A stretch of DNA of 64,000 nt, taken from Longimicrobiales bacterium (GTDB taxonomy: Bacteria; Gemmatimonadota; Gemmatimonadetes; Longimicrobiales; Gaopeijiaceae). The DNA lies in NCBI GenBank assembly GCA_963664435.2, contig CAXXKM010000002.1, forward strand, positions 416,001 to 480,000. Reading direction: 5' to 3'. Of this stretch, positions 51,237 through 61,428 are shown one piece after another; position 1 is the stretch's first letter, and each line of letters begins with the position of its first letter. A program made the translations under genes and the position numbers. Below the pieces are notes generated by a model. The model was not told the origin of the DNA and made no database searches. It saw only the letters and a list, made by a program, of their open reading frames with translations.

Positions 51237-51257
51237 GGAGAGTATGCTGGCTTGTCC
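51237..51257. other. oriT nic site, ColE1-like
   Basis: GGAGAGTATGCTGG^CTTG resembles ColE1 GGAGTGTATACTGG^CTTA, upstream of mbeC in the expected orientation. Confidence 0.75.
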
Positions 51258-51969
51258 TCCTTAGCGGCGTCCAACGACCCCGTGGGCGACGTGTCCGAGA
51301 CCCGGCGGAGACCGCCGCCAATGCGGTGGCGGCGCACCACCGCACGCGCTCCGGGGAACCCGTTCAGACGGGCCTTGCCAAGCGCGGCCAACGGTGGGAT
51401 GGTGGCCAGCAATACCGCGCCATCCATGTACCCCCGAAGCCAAAGCGGCGACCGATCCCGCCAGTGTCCCTGGCGTGGGGCGCTGGCACCGGTTCCGCAG
51501 TGGGGTGTATCAACCTGACTACGTGCGTCTTCTCCGGTGTTTCGCCTCGTTTGCTCGTGCTGCCCTCCACGCTTCGGTGACCCGAAAGGCGACATACTAC
51601 GGAGTTCATCCGCGATTGGTTTCAATCCAATCGGCGGCGACGAAGGACCCCGAAGCCGAGCCGCGTCCACCTTCGGGGCTTCGGGGACGGGGCCATCGCC
51701 AAGGTCCGGGCCGGACGCCTTCATCACCAATGCCGTCGGGGACGGCGCGTCGGTGTCCACGAGGGAAGTGCCGACCCGCGTGCTGAACAGGTACTTCTGC
51801 GTCTCCATACCTGGAACGCTGAAGAGCCGCTCGCCGGCAAGTCAACCCGTCGAAAACCTCCTATTGGCCGATAACGTCCGGGGATGTCCGATAACGTAAA
51901 GTAGCCGGCGCCGGTCGTCGCCAACGGGGCGGAAAAACGCCCCCGTAACGCCGCCCGCGCTCCTCCGTC

Positions 51970-52450
51970 CGTCGCTTCGTATGCCAGCCGGAACGCGGTG
52001 TCCGCCAGCCACCGCCGGAAGTCCGGGTTGTCGGCGAAGAGCTTGAAGAGTTGCGTGTTGTCCCGCACCATCCCCAGCACCGCCCGCTCCGTCGCCTTGT
52101 CGGACTCGACGCGGGCGTTTTCCTGGTCGGAGTTCTGCCGGGCGTTCTCGAACCGGGCGACCTTCGCCACCGAGGCCGGAATGTCCTGCGTGGCCGTCCG
52201 GATGACCCTGTCGGGATCCCCCCACTCGATTCCGCCGAACCGATCGTTGAACTCCTCGATGATCGCCAACAGACGGCCCGTCTCGCTCTCGCCCTTGCCT
52301 CCGCCCTCGCCCGTCCTGACCGGATTGATCTCCGCGTCGTCGTCATTGAGGATGATCCTCCGCATCCGGTGCGTCTCGACGCGGTAGCTTTCCATTCGAT
52401 CCTCTCGGGGATGCGCTTCGACAGATCGGGCTCCTCAGGCCGGCGGAGGA
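51970..52450 (-). pseudogene. hsdR: C-terminal remnant of a type I restriction enzyme R subunit
   Basis: DLSK.I..I / MESYRV...LLAIIEEFNDRFG.IEW...NSDQENAR...LFKLFADNPDFRRWL. Confidence 0.8.
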
Positions 52451-52850
52451 GCTGGAACCGGGCTCTTGGGGATACTCCACCGGTTTGGAGTACGCGCCGG
52501 ATCAGGGTGCGGGCGAGCTGGGGATCAGGGCTCCGGCTCGGGTGACAGCCCGGTGGGGACGGTTCTACGCCAACGCACATTCGGGATCGTGAGGACTGTG
52601 CGGACGAGGAGGTGACCGAGGCCATTCTCCCCACGGCACGCATACGGGAGAAATCAGGCTCCAGGTCTCCCACCTCGCGCCGAGGAGCGGCCCCGACCAG
52701 ACCTACCGGGCCGCCCCCTCTCCCACGGTGTACCTGCGGTCCGCGACGGGGATTGGATGCGACGATGGAGTCGCTTAGGTTTAGATCTTAGAGGTGGCGC
52801 GTCAGGTTCGTTTCCGCATCGTTCGCGAAGGGAGAGGGGGGTTTCAGCGC

Positions 52851-53453
52851 GTGACACCGCAAGTCGTTGACCTAGCGTTCCGCCTCACTGGTAGCGACCT
52901 GCCCACGGATCACGGGTACTTCCTTTTTGCCGCTATCTCGAAGAACCTAGCTCCTTTTCACGCGGCTTCCGGCTGGGGTGTCCATCCGGTTCGCGGCACA
53001 CCCTTGGGGAACGGCACGCTCGCCCTTTCCGAGTCCAGCCGCCTCGTGATGCGGTTGCCAGCCGACGATATCCGGCGCGCCATTTCTCTGGCAGGGAAAC
53101 GGTTGGACATCGGCGGTCGGACCGTTCGTGTGGGAGTGCCCGAGATTCGTCCTCTTCGGGCCGCTCGGCACCTGTTCTCGCGTCTTGTCACGATCAAGGG
53201 CTTCGCCGATGCGCCGGACGAGTTTGCCGAAGCGTGTACTCGGCAGCTTGAGACCCTGGCCGTGCGGGAGGCTCAAATGGGCGTGGATAAGCGGCGCGTG
53301 ATGGACGTCAAGGGATACACCATCGTCGGCTTTTCGGTTCGGCTTTCCGGCCTGAACGAGGGGGATTCGGTGCTTGTCCAAGAACGCGGGCTCGGTGGAA
53401 AACGGAAGATGGGTGCCGGGATCTTCGTACCGATTCGTCCCAAGCATGCCTGA
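52851..53453 (+). CDS. cas6: Type I-MYXAN Cas6 (Cmx6)
   Basis: VDLAF.L.G..LP.DHGY.LF.AIS; C-terminal QERGLGGKRKMGAGIFVP. Confidence 0.93.
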   Translation: MTPQVVDLAFRLTGSDLPTDHGYFLFAAISKNLAPFHAASGWGVHPVRGTPLGNGTLALSESSRLVMRLPADDIRRAISLAGKRLDIGGRTVRVGVPEIRPLRAARHLFSRLVTIKGFADAPDEFAEACTRQLETLAVREAQMGVDKRRVMDVKGYTIVGFSVRLSGLNEGDSVLVQERGLGGKRKMGAGIFVPIRPKHA

Positions 53454-55677
53454 GGTGCCTGCTTTTCCAGTGCTGCTCGCGAAGTCCCGGGTTTCTGCAC
53501 AAGGCGAAGCCATTACGGTCGCCGACCATTGTGTGGAGGCGGCGGATTGCGCGGCAGCGATTGTCGAGGCGGCCGGCTCCAGGCTTGCGGCGTTTTTCGG
53601 GCTGGACGATTCGGACGAGGAGCGACTCGAGTCGCTCCTCCGCATCGCTGCGCTCATGCACGACCTGGGGAAGGCCGGAGCTTCATTCCAAGCCCAGATG
53701 CACGAGGCGGCGCGCGAGGCCCACCCGTTCAGGCACGAGGCGCTCTCGGTCGCCGTGTGCATGGATCCGGCGGGGCTTGGATGCTGGATCCGGCGAGCGA
53801 TTCCTGACGCTTGCGGTCGGGCGGCCGTGCTCGTTGCGGTGATGGGTCATCACGTCCGTGCGTCGCCGTCGGCACCCGCGGCGCGGACGCCGCGGGACGA
53901 GGTCGTGTACCTCGACCACCCCTCTCTCTCGTCCCTCTGGCAACATCTCGCGCGCCTTACCCGGGCCCAGCGGGTTCCCGAGCCGGAAAGACTCACCCTT
54001 CCGAGAGCCGCTTGGGAGGACCTGCTGTTCGAGTACGTCATGTTTGTCCGGGACGCCGTTCGCTCGGCGCCGCAGGCCGAGCGAGCGAGCCTGGTGTCGC
54101 TCGCCGCCTGCTGCAAGGCGGTTCTCGTCGCTGCGGATACGGTGGCGTCCGCGCGGATCAGCGGGCAGGATACTGCGGCCTTATGGGCCAAGACCGTTCT
54201 TCGCCGAGGCCTACAGTCGGACGAACTCGACCGAATCGTGGATGCGCGCCTCGGTGGACGGCCACCCTACCCCTTTCAGGAGAAGGTGGCCGCCTCCGAC
54301 GAGCGGGTGACTCTCGTTGAAGCCGGATGCGGGAACGGGAAGACTCTTGCCGCCTACATGTGGGCCCGACGAAGTGCCGTCGGTCGTCGCCTCGTGTTCT
54401 GCTATCCGACGACAGGCACGACTTCGGCCGGGTTTCAGGACTACCTCCTCGCCCAGACCGAACTCGAGCGCGCCCTCATGCACGGCCGCGCGTCGGCCGA
54501 CATCGAGCACATCCTCGATAATGGCGCAGCGTATGAGGATGATTCGCTTTGGGTCGCCGACGTGCTGGACCTCTGGGGAACGAAAGTGGTGGCGTGTACG
54601 GTGGATTCGGTTCTCTCGCTACTGGCTTGCTGGCGTCGTGCCCTCGCTGCCGCTCCCGTCTTCGCGCAATCGGCGTTCGTGTTCGACGAAGTGCATAGCT
54701 ACGACGATCAACTCTTCGGCGCTTTTCTCGCGTTTCTTCGCTGGACCCGAGCATCCTGCCTCGTGATGACGGCGAGCCTGTCCGACGCGCGAAGGGCCGC
54801 GATCGAAAAAGCGTACGGGAGACCGCTCCAGCCGATCGGGGGAGAACCCACCATGGAGGATGCGGAGCGCTACCGCATCGCACGTGTGCACCCAGAAGAA
54901 GTTGCCGAGTGGGTCGAGAAGTCCCGCAAGAGCGGGGGCAAGGTCCTGTACGTCGCCAATACGGTCGCGCGTGCGCTCGTGGCATTCAACCGTTTCGGAA
55001 CCCGCTGGAGCCCTGACGCTCGGCTCTATCACAGCCGCTTCAGGTATGAGGATCGAGTACGGGTCCAGGGAGAAGTGCTGGAGCTCTTTCGGAGGCGCGG
55101 CCCGGCCTTTGTCGCTGCCACGCAGGTCTGCGAGATGTCCCTTGACATCAGTGCCACCCTCCTCATCTCGGAGCTGGCGCCATTTCCTGCGCTCGTGCAG
55201 CGGCTGGGCCGCCTGAACCGGCGCGCTCGCGAGCCGGTGGCAGTCTGCCCAGCTCTCATCGTCGAGCCCCCGGACCCGCAACCCTACGACAAGGAGGCGC
55301 TGTCGGTGGCGGACCGGAAGCTCGTGTCCCTGGATGGCCAATCGTCATCGCAGCGCGATCTCGCGCGTGCGCTGGCCGGGATGCCGGACGGACCGTACGA
55401 GGACCGCATCATGCCCCTGCTCAGCCCATTCGACCTCGCCGGGACTCAGCCCGGAATGTTGCGCGACGGCTCGGTGTCGATGCCGGTGGTTCGGGAAGAG
55501 GACCTTCCATGTTCGCGGAAACGCATCACGCGAGCCGAACTAGTTCGGCTCACGATTCCGATGCTTCTGCCGAAGGACCATGATGTAAGACGCTGGCCCC
55601 GCCTGCGGGGGACGATCGTGGCACCCGCCGGGAGCATCGACTACGATCCGGTAAGGGGTGCGCGATGGCGGAACTAA
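53446..55677 (+). CDS. cas3: Cas3 HD nuclease-helicase
   Basis: LLAKS, HDLGK, AGCGNGKT, DEVH, MTAS, QRLGRLNR. Confidence 0.95.
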   Translation: MPEVPAFPVLLAKSRVSAQGEAITVADHCVEAADCAAAIVEAAGSRLAAFFGLDDSDEERLESLLRIAALMHDLGKAGASFQAQMHEAAREAHPFRHEALSVAVCMDPAGLGCWIRRAIPDACGRAAVLVAVMGHHVRASPSAPAARTPRDEVVYLDHPSLSSLWQHLARLTRAQRVPEPERLTLPRAAWEDLLFEYVMFVRDAVRSAPQAERASLVSLAACCKAVLVAADTVASARISGQDTAALWAKTVLRRGLQSDELDRIVDARLGGRPPYPFQEKVAASDERVTLVEAGCGNGKTLAAYMWARRSAVGRRLVFCYPTTGTTSAGFQDYLLAQTELERALMHGRASADIEHILDNGAAYEDDSLWVADVLDLWGTKVVACTVDSVLSLLACWRRALAAAPVFAQSAFVFDEVHSYDDQLFGAFLAFLRWTRASCLVMTASLSDARRAAIEKAYGRPLQPIGGEPTMEDAERYRIARVHPEEVAEWVEKSRKSGGKVLYVANTVARALVAFNRFGTRWSPDARLYHSRFRYEDRVRVQGEVLELFRRRGPAFVAATQVCEMSLDISATLLISELAPFPALVQRLGRLNRRAREPVAVCPALIVEPPDPQPYDKEALSVADRKLVSLDGQSSSQRDLARALAGMPDGPYEDRIMPLLSPFDLAGTQPGMLRDGSVSMPVVREEDLPCSRKRITRAELVRLTIPMLLPKDHDVRRWPRLRGTIVAPAGSIDYDPVRGARWRN

Positions 55678-57263
55678 CTTGGTCTGTCACAGCGCCCGGC
55701 CTCAACGCCCTCGAGCGCTGCGGCCTCGGAGCGATGGCCGCCACGATCGATGCCGCGGATCAGGAGGGGTTCGACCTGACGCCGCTCGACGCATCGTTCG
55801 ATCACGATTCCGTTATGCTCAGCTGGCCCGACGACTATCGGCCCAGCGCAGCACTCGCGAAGCTCATCAGGTTCGCTTGGCAGGCTCGGCAATCCACGAG
55901 CCCCGACGGCCTCGGGGTGCTCTACCTTCCGGCGATCCACCGGGGCTCCGCCAGCGATTCCTATCTGGAGCGCTTGCTTGAGAACAGCGGCATCCTCCGG
56001 ACGTTTCTCCAACATCCGCGAATCCAACCGAAGACCCGTCCGCCGACACGACAGACGATTGAGTTGGAGGGAGCGCGCTCAATCGAAGTCCGTTTCGTGG
56101 AGCCCAGCACGAACCTCAAGTACGTCTCTGACTTCTCGGGCAAGCTCTTCGGCGGGACAGGTAACCTCAAAGCACGCGTCGACCTCGCGCAGTACATCAT
56201 GCCGGGGGGGACCGCACGACACGGCGGCGAGGAGTCTTGGACCGGTTCGGCCATCCAGGCCGTTCCTCTTTTCTTCGCGCCGATCGGTTGCTTCTTCCTT
56301 AGGGCACAGGAGTCCTCCTGGGTGGTCGTGGTGCCTGATGTCACCGACCTGGCGGCGTTCGCATCAGTGCGGCCGCTCGTAGGCATCGGCTGGAAGGAGG
56401 CGGAGGTTCGAAGCCTAGAGGACGCCGGACTCCGGGTCGCCGTCGCTTATCGGACCCAAACTACGACGCGCCGTCTCGCCCTCAGAGGATTCGAGGTGTT
56501 GAGGGTGGGTCGTGTGGCTTGGAACAAGCAGCAGAGCGTCCGCTCGCACTTCTGTCGGTTGCGGCCCGGCATGAAGGAGTTGGACGAGTTCGAAACGGTG
56601 CTCCGACACCTGTCGAACCGATACTGCACCCGGAAGGACGGAGAGGGCGACTTCGTTTCAGTGCCGACGCCACGAGGGAGGATCGCGGCCAACCTCGTGC
56701 ACGGCCACTACTGGTACCGCTCCCTGTTCGACATCCCGAAGGAAGACCGCGAGGAAGTGAAGAACCTGAGCCGAAGAAACGAGTCGGAAGAACGAGCCTG
56801 GTTCCGACTCGTCGGCTACGAACGAAGAGCACTGACTGCTATCGCAGAGGAGTTGCCGATGGACGCTGATCGAGAGTTGGACCGGCTGTTCCAACACGCC
56901 ATCCATGAGGCGATGGCGCGCCGGTTCAGGCAAGAAGCAGAGTACGCGAAGCGCGGTGCGAGGTCGATCCAGGACCGATGGGACGACTTTCGCGAGTCCT
57001 CCCGGCGACTGTTATCGAGATCAAATACCCGCTCCACGCTCCGGACGGCGATCGCGGGGTTCTTCGCGGAGGCCGGAGGTAGCCGAACGCTTCGGGAGAA
57101 CGCTCAGGCCATCTGGGCCTTCATAGATTCGCCCGCCACGTGGCGCCGGGCTCGGGATCTCGCCCTGTTCTCGGTAGTGACCTACCAGCGCAAGGCGGAT
57201 CCGGAAGAGGGCGAAGCAGAAAAGGGTGAGGGAGAGGTTGGGGATGTCGAGCAGAGCGATTGA
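55665..57263 (+). CDS. cas8: Large subunit Cas8a1/Cmx1 (MYXAN type)
   Basis: Lies between cas3 and cas7; PGGTARH, FFAPIGC, VVPDVTDL, VAWNKQQ, RGRIAANL, ARDLALFS..TY. Confidence 0.85.
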   Translation: MAELTWSVTAPGLNALERCGLGAMAATIDAADQEGFDLTPLDASFDHDSVMLSWPDDYRPSAALAKLIRFAWQARQSTSPDGLGVLYLPAIHRGSASDSYLERLLENSGILRTFLQHPRIQPKTRPPTRQTIELEGARSIEVRFVEPSTNLKYVSDFSGKLFGGTGNLKARVDLAQYIMPGGTARHGGEESWTGSAIQAVPLFFAPIGCFFLRAQESSWVVVVPDVTDLAAFASVRPLVGIGWKEAEVRSLEDAGLRVAVAYRTQTTTRRLALRGFEVLRVGRVAWNKQQSVRSHFCRLRPGMKELDEFETVLRHLSNRYCTRKDGEGDFVSVPTPRGRIAANLVHGHYWYRSLFDIPKEDREEVKNLSRRNESEERAWFRLVGYERRALTAIAEELPMDADRELDRLFQHAIHEAMARRFRQEAEYAKRGARSIQDRWDDFRESSRRLLSRSNTRSTLRTAIAGFFAEAGGSRTLRENAQAIWAFIDSPATWRRARDLALFSVVTYQRKADPEEGEAEKGEGEVGDVEQSD

Positions 57264-57304
57264 AACCAGGGCGAACTGAATTCAAACCAGAGCGGAGATC
57301 TACC

Positions 57305-58174
57305 ATGGCCCACCATCTCTTCGGAACGGTCCTCACGCCTCACGGCATTGCTTCGAACAATCGGGGCGAGTCAGCGGGCAACGTGACCACGTTGCAGAAG
57401 GTCATCAAGGACGATGGACTTTTCACGACTGTGAGCGCGGAGGCGATTCGCTATGCGATTCGCGAAGCGTTCACCGAGGGCGGCAAGGTCGTGAATCGGA
57501 GGATAACTTCCGGCGGGAGTGACTGGAGGGACCCGAAGTTCGAGAACTGGCAGGCGCATCTGGACGACGACCTGCTCGGCTTCATGCTCCCCGACAAGGA
57601 GACCGTGAAGCGTCGCGGTCGACTGGAAATCAGCCGCGCTTTGAGCACACGTCCGTGGCCGGGCGACGTGGTCTTCAATGCCGCCGCGGTCGGAGCGCAG
57701 TCATCGGGCAATCCCAAACGGTCATCGGGGAACCCCAATCCGATGCCCTACGGGACCGAGATTCACGCGACGCGCTATCAATACTCCTTCGCCCTCACGC
57801 CCGAGACTCTCGAGGATCGCGCGCGGGCCATTGACGCCCTAGAGAGCATACGAGATCTTCGCCGGGTGGCGGGCAACCACAGCCGGTATCTCTACGATTT
57901 TTCGCCCGACGCAGTCGTCCTGCGCTGGACGCATGACCCGGCTCCACGGCTAATGTATTGCTTCGAGCAGGATGAGCTCGGCACGATCACTGCCGATTCG
58001 CTCCTCTCGCGTGTCGGCTCCGGCGACATCGATGCGAGCGAAGTGGTGGTTGGAGGTCCTGCGGCTCTTGCTCTACGGGACCGCCTCACCGCTGCGGGCA
58101 GTCATTTCGCGGAAGGTGTGAAGGACGCCTTTCAAGAAATCGAGGCAAGACTGCGGCGTCACCTGGGACTCTAG
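57305..58174 (+). CDS. cas7: Cas7/DevR (Cst2)
   Basis: NNRGE..GN.TTLQK, TVSAEAIRYA, DDDLLGFM, VAGNHSRYLYDFSP. Confidence 0.95.
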   Translation: MAHHLFGTVLTPHGIASNNRGESAGNVTTLQKVIKDDGLFTTVSAEAIRYAIREAFTEGGKVVNRRITSGGSDWRDPKFENWQAHLDDDLLGFMLPDKETVKRRGRLEISRALSTRPWPGDVVFNAAAVGAQSSGNPKRSSGNPNPMPYGTEIHATRYQYSFALTPETLEDRARAIDALESIRDLRRVAGNHSRYLYDFSPDAVVLRWTHDPAPRLMYCFEQDELGTITADSLLSRVGSGDIDASEVVVGGPAALALRDRLTAAGSHFAEGVKDAFQEIEARLRRHLGL

Positions 58175-58176
58175 AG

Positions 58177-58800
58177 GTGGACGGGGTTGTGGTCAGCGCG
58201 TCCGTGCCGGTCGCCTCATTTCGTCCGTATCTGTCGAGGGATTACCAGGACACGTACCCGGCTCCTCCGCCAGCCACGGTGTTCGGCATGCTGCTCTCCC
58301 TCTGCGGCATCACGGAGGCGGCTCGCTCCGACTACGGAGGGACCGAACTCGCGATCATGGTGGATCGCGTTCGCGAGCCGTCCAGAGTGCTCAGGAAGCT
58401 CCGCCGGGATCCCGCTTCGCATAGGGGGCGCGGAATCGCAAAATACCGGCCCGACTACCAAGAACTGATCCTCGGACTTCGAGCGTGGATCGCAGTGCGG
58501 CAAGGTGACGCCGCTAGTGACCTCCCGGATTGTGTCCGGGACGCCTTGGAGCACCCCGAAAGCTTGGACCGCTACGGGGCGCTTTCGCTTGGCGAGAGCA
58601 CGTTCCTAGTCGACGAGATCGCAGTCTGCGACTCCCCGCCAGCAGGCGGCACCGTTCTCCACCCGGACGATACCGGATCGCTTACTCTTCCCGTCTGGGT
58701 CGACTACAAAGACCCATCGGCGACCAGGCTTCAACGATTCGGCCTCGTGGAGCGCCCCCTCGCAGAGGAGGACTATGTCCAAGTCGGACCGGGAGCCTGA
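58177..58800 (+). CDS. cas5: Cas5/DevS (Cmx5)
   Basis: VPVASFR, TYPAPPPATVFGMLLSL, RPDYQEL, LSLGESTFLV. Confidence 0.93.
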   Translation: MDGVVVSASVPVASFRPYLSRDYQDTYPAPPPATVFGMLLSLCGITEAARSDYGGTELAIMVDRVREPSRVLRKLRRDPASHRGRGIAKYRPDYQELILGLRAWIAVRQGDAASDLPDCVRDALEHPESLDRYGALSLGESTFLVDEIAVCDSPPAGGTVLHPDDTGSLTLPVWVDYKDPSATRLQRFGLVERPLAEEDYVQVGPGA

Positions 58801-60448
58801 CAGAAGAGGAAGCGGCGCCCTCGGGCTCCGATCGAATCCGACCGAGGATTCGCTCGACTTGGTGCCCGTAATGGCTCTTCACGCCCTCGCCTACTGCCCC
58901 CGCCTCTTCTACCTCGAGAACGTCGAAGGACAGCGTGTGGCCAACGCCAGGGTGTACGCTGGCCGCGAGCTTCACTCCTCACTCGAGCACAAGCACGAAG
59001 ACTCTCTGCACGTCGTCTCCTCCCGATTGGGGCTGCAGGGACGCGTCGATTTCATTCGGTCTGACAGGGAAGAGTTGATCCCTGTCGAGGTCAAGCGCGG
59101 GAGGGCGAAACGAACCGACACCGGACTCACTGGATGGCCATCTGACGTACTCCAAGTGGGTGCGTATGCCATGCTTTTGGAGGAATCTCTGGAAACCGCC
59201 GTTGGGCATGCACGCATCCACTACGCGCGTGATCGCGCTTGGGTTCACGTGGAGGTTACGGATGACCTCCGCCGCGACGTACAAGACGCAGTGGATGAGG
59301 CCAAGAGGCTCAGCGCGTCCTCACGACGCCCTCCGGTGGCCGAAAACGAGAACCTCTGCAAGCATTGCAGTCTCTCCGTGGTATGTTTGCCGGACGAGGA
59401 AAGGTTGGTCGAAAATCGGACGTTGCCGGCCCCGCCGGATGATGACCGTCAGGTGGTTCACGTCACCGACCCGGGATCGCGGATCGGGAAGTCTGCGCTG
59501 TGTCTCAGGGTTCGAGCGGTCGGTGGGAGCGTCACGGATCTTCCCATTGCGCAGGTTCACTCGGTCGTGCTGCACGGTAACGTCCAACTCACGTCGCAAG
59601 CTATCCGACTCTGCGTGCAACGTGGTGTAGGCGTGCACTGGTTGACCGGGAGTGGACGCTATCTCGGTTCGCTCGCAGCGTCCGTGGGGAATCCCACGCG
59701 TCGGATCCGCCAGTACGAGGCGCTACTGGACGCAGACACTCGCCTCAGACTGGTTCTCGCTCTCGTTTCGGCCCGGATCTGGAACCAATACCGCTACCTG
59801 CTGAGAGCCTCGCGCGGCAAGGAGCAACTCCGCGCGAACGTGCAGCCGTTCCTTCGGGAACTTCGGACTGCGACGCACCGTCTCAATCGGCAGTCCAACG
59901 TGGACTCGATCAGAGGGATCGAGGGGGCGGCCGGTCGAGCGTACCACGGCGGATTGAGGAAGCTCATACAGCCCCCGGAGTTCGCGTCTCAACGAAGGAC
60001 GCGACGACCAGCCCAGGATCCCTTCAATGCTCTTTTGAACTACTCGTATTCGCTCCTGCTGGCGAGGATTGCCAATGCCGTCGTGGCCTGTGGCATCGAC
60101 CCGCATCTAGGGTTCTACCACACGGATCGCTCGACGGCCCCACCGCTGACGCTGGACTTGATGGAACTGTTTCGCGTGCCCTTGTGCGACGTGGCGATTC
60201 TCGGTGCGATCAACCGACGTACCTGGCGGCTGAGTGACTTTGATTGTTCGGATCTCGGCGTGCGCCTGTCACGCCACGTCCGGACCCAGGTGATCGAGTT
60301 GTTCGAACGGCGGCTTGACGCCTCATGGAAGCATCCAGCCACACGCCACTCGCTGCCCTACCGAAAGGTGATCGAGTTGGAAGTCCAGCTACTGGAGAAG
60401 GAGTGGTCTGGATCAGAGGGTCAGTTCGCCCAAGCGAGGTTGCGATGA
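58775..60448 (+). CDS. cas1: Cas4-Cas1 fusion
   Basis: HALAYCPRLFY and CKHCSLSVVCLP (Cas4 Cys); RGIEG, LGFYH, LDLMELFR (Cas1). True start may be nearer 58860. Confidence 0.93.
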   Translation: MSKSDREPDRRGSGALGLRSNPTEDSLDLVPVMALHALAYCPRLFYLENVEGQRVANARVYAGRELHSSLEHKHEDSLHVVSSRLGLQGRVDFIRSDREELIPVEVKRGRAKRTDTGLTGWPSDVLQVGAYAMLLEESLETAVGHARIHYARDRAWVHVEVTDDLRRDVQDAVDEAKRLSASSRRPPVAENENLCKHCSLSVVCLPDEERLVENRTLPAPPDDDRQVVHVTDPGSRIGKSALCLRVRAVGGSVTDLPIAQVHSVVLHGNVQLTSQAIRLCVQRGVGVHWLTGSGRYLGSLAASVGNPTRRIRQYEALLDADTRLRLVLALVSARIWNQYRYLLRASRGKEQLRANVQPFLRELRTATHRLNRQSNVDSIRGIEGAAGRAYHGGLRKLIQPPEFASQRRTRRPAQDPFNALLNYSYSLLLARIANAVVACGIDPHLGFYHTDRSTAPPLTLDLMELFRVPLCDVAILGAINRRTWRLSDFDCSDLGVRLSRHVRTQVIELFERRLDASWKHPATRHSLPYRKVIELEVQLLEKEWSGSEGQFAQARLR

Positions 60449-60771
60449 GCGGTCGTGCCGTTCCACCAAAAGGTGCGGGACGGTGGTACTTGGTCTGCTA
60501 TGACGTTCGTGATCCGAAACGCCTTCGACGGGTTGCAAGGATGCTTGAGGGGCACGGGGAGCGCATCCAATACTCCGTCTTTCGATGCTGGTTGTCGGCA
60601 TCTGGACTCGAACGACTCCGCTGGGAGTTAACGGAAGACTGTGTGGCCCAAGAAGATGACGTGATCTTCATTCCGCTCTGCTCACGTTGCGTCGCAGGGA
60701 TCAGAGTCACTCACAGTGCTCTCAAGGAGGGCTCGTGGGAGACACAACGGGGGCGGGTTCGGATTCTGTAG
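60445..60771 (+). CDS. cas2: Cas2
   Basis: YLVCYDVRDPKRLRRV...GERIQYSVF. Confidence 0.95.
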   Translation: MSGRAVPPKGAGRWYLVCYDVRDPKRLRRVARMLEGHGERIQYSVFRCWLSASGLERLRWELTEDCVAQEDDVIFIPLCSRCVAGIRVTHSALKEGSWETQRGRVRIL

Positions 60772-60891
60772 TCTCGTGATTCAAGCATCGGGGGGGTACG
60801 GCAAACAAGGTCGCTTTTTGACAACAAGGAAACGGGGGTCCATGAAAAACTCCCTGCAAGAACGCTTGCCGCTTACCTTTACAGAGGAGCG
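60772..60891 (+). promoter_or_regulatory. CRISPR leader
   Basis: Lower-GC 120 bp between cas2 and repeat 1, TTGACA at 60818-60823. Confidence 0.7.
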
Positions 60892-61428
60892 GTGAGAACC
60901 GCTTTGATGCCGGAAGGCGTTGAGCACAGGCTTGCCGAGGTCACGCGCGAGGAGATGGATCGCGTGAGAACCGCTTTGATGCCGGAAGGCGTTGAGCACT
61001 GGGAGCGCGTGCGCACCTCTGCCGGAGCGCTGCTGGTGAGAACCGCTTTGATGCCGGAAGGCGTTGAGCACTGAGAGGCGAGTGCTGGAGCGCGCAGGAC
61101 GGGCGCTGTGAGAACCGCTTTGATGCCGGAAGGCGTTGAGCACAAGTGCAGTTCGTTGGTGCCGTTCCGGAACGCGGCGTGAGAACCGCTTTGATGCCGG
61201 AAGGCGTTGAGCACACCATCACCGGCGGCTGCGTGGCTGGCGAGTACGAAGTGAGAACCGCTTTGATGCCGGAAGGCGTTGAGCACAACGTGAGGATGTA
61301 CTCGTGAGCCTTGGCCGTCCGGGTGAGAACCGCTTTGATGCCGGAAGGCGTTGAGCACTAGAAGGCGCCGAAATTGCGCAGCACGACCCGGTGTGAGAAC
61401 CGCTTTGATGCCGGAAGGCGTTGAGCAC
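60892..61428 (+). CRISPR. CRISPR array: 8 identical 36-bp repeats, 7 spacers of 34-36 bp
   Basis: GTGAGAACCGCTTTGATGCCGGAAGGCGTTGAGCAC at 60892, 60964, 61036, 61108, 61179, 61251, 61323, 61393. Confidence 0.99.

Noticed and set aside
51260..51950. Possible rep or excisionase gene between oriT and the hsdR remnant
   Set aside because: Short ORFs without recognisable motifs
60781..61358. ORFs with repeated peptides across the array
   Set aside because: Translations of the CRISPR repeats
47974..61428. CRISPR-guided integration (CAST-like)
   Set aside because: No tnsABC/tniQ, Cas3 is intact, and no spacer matches the att site
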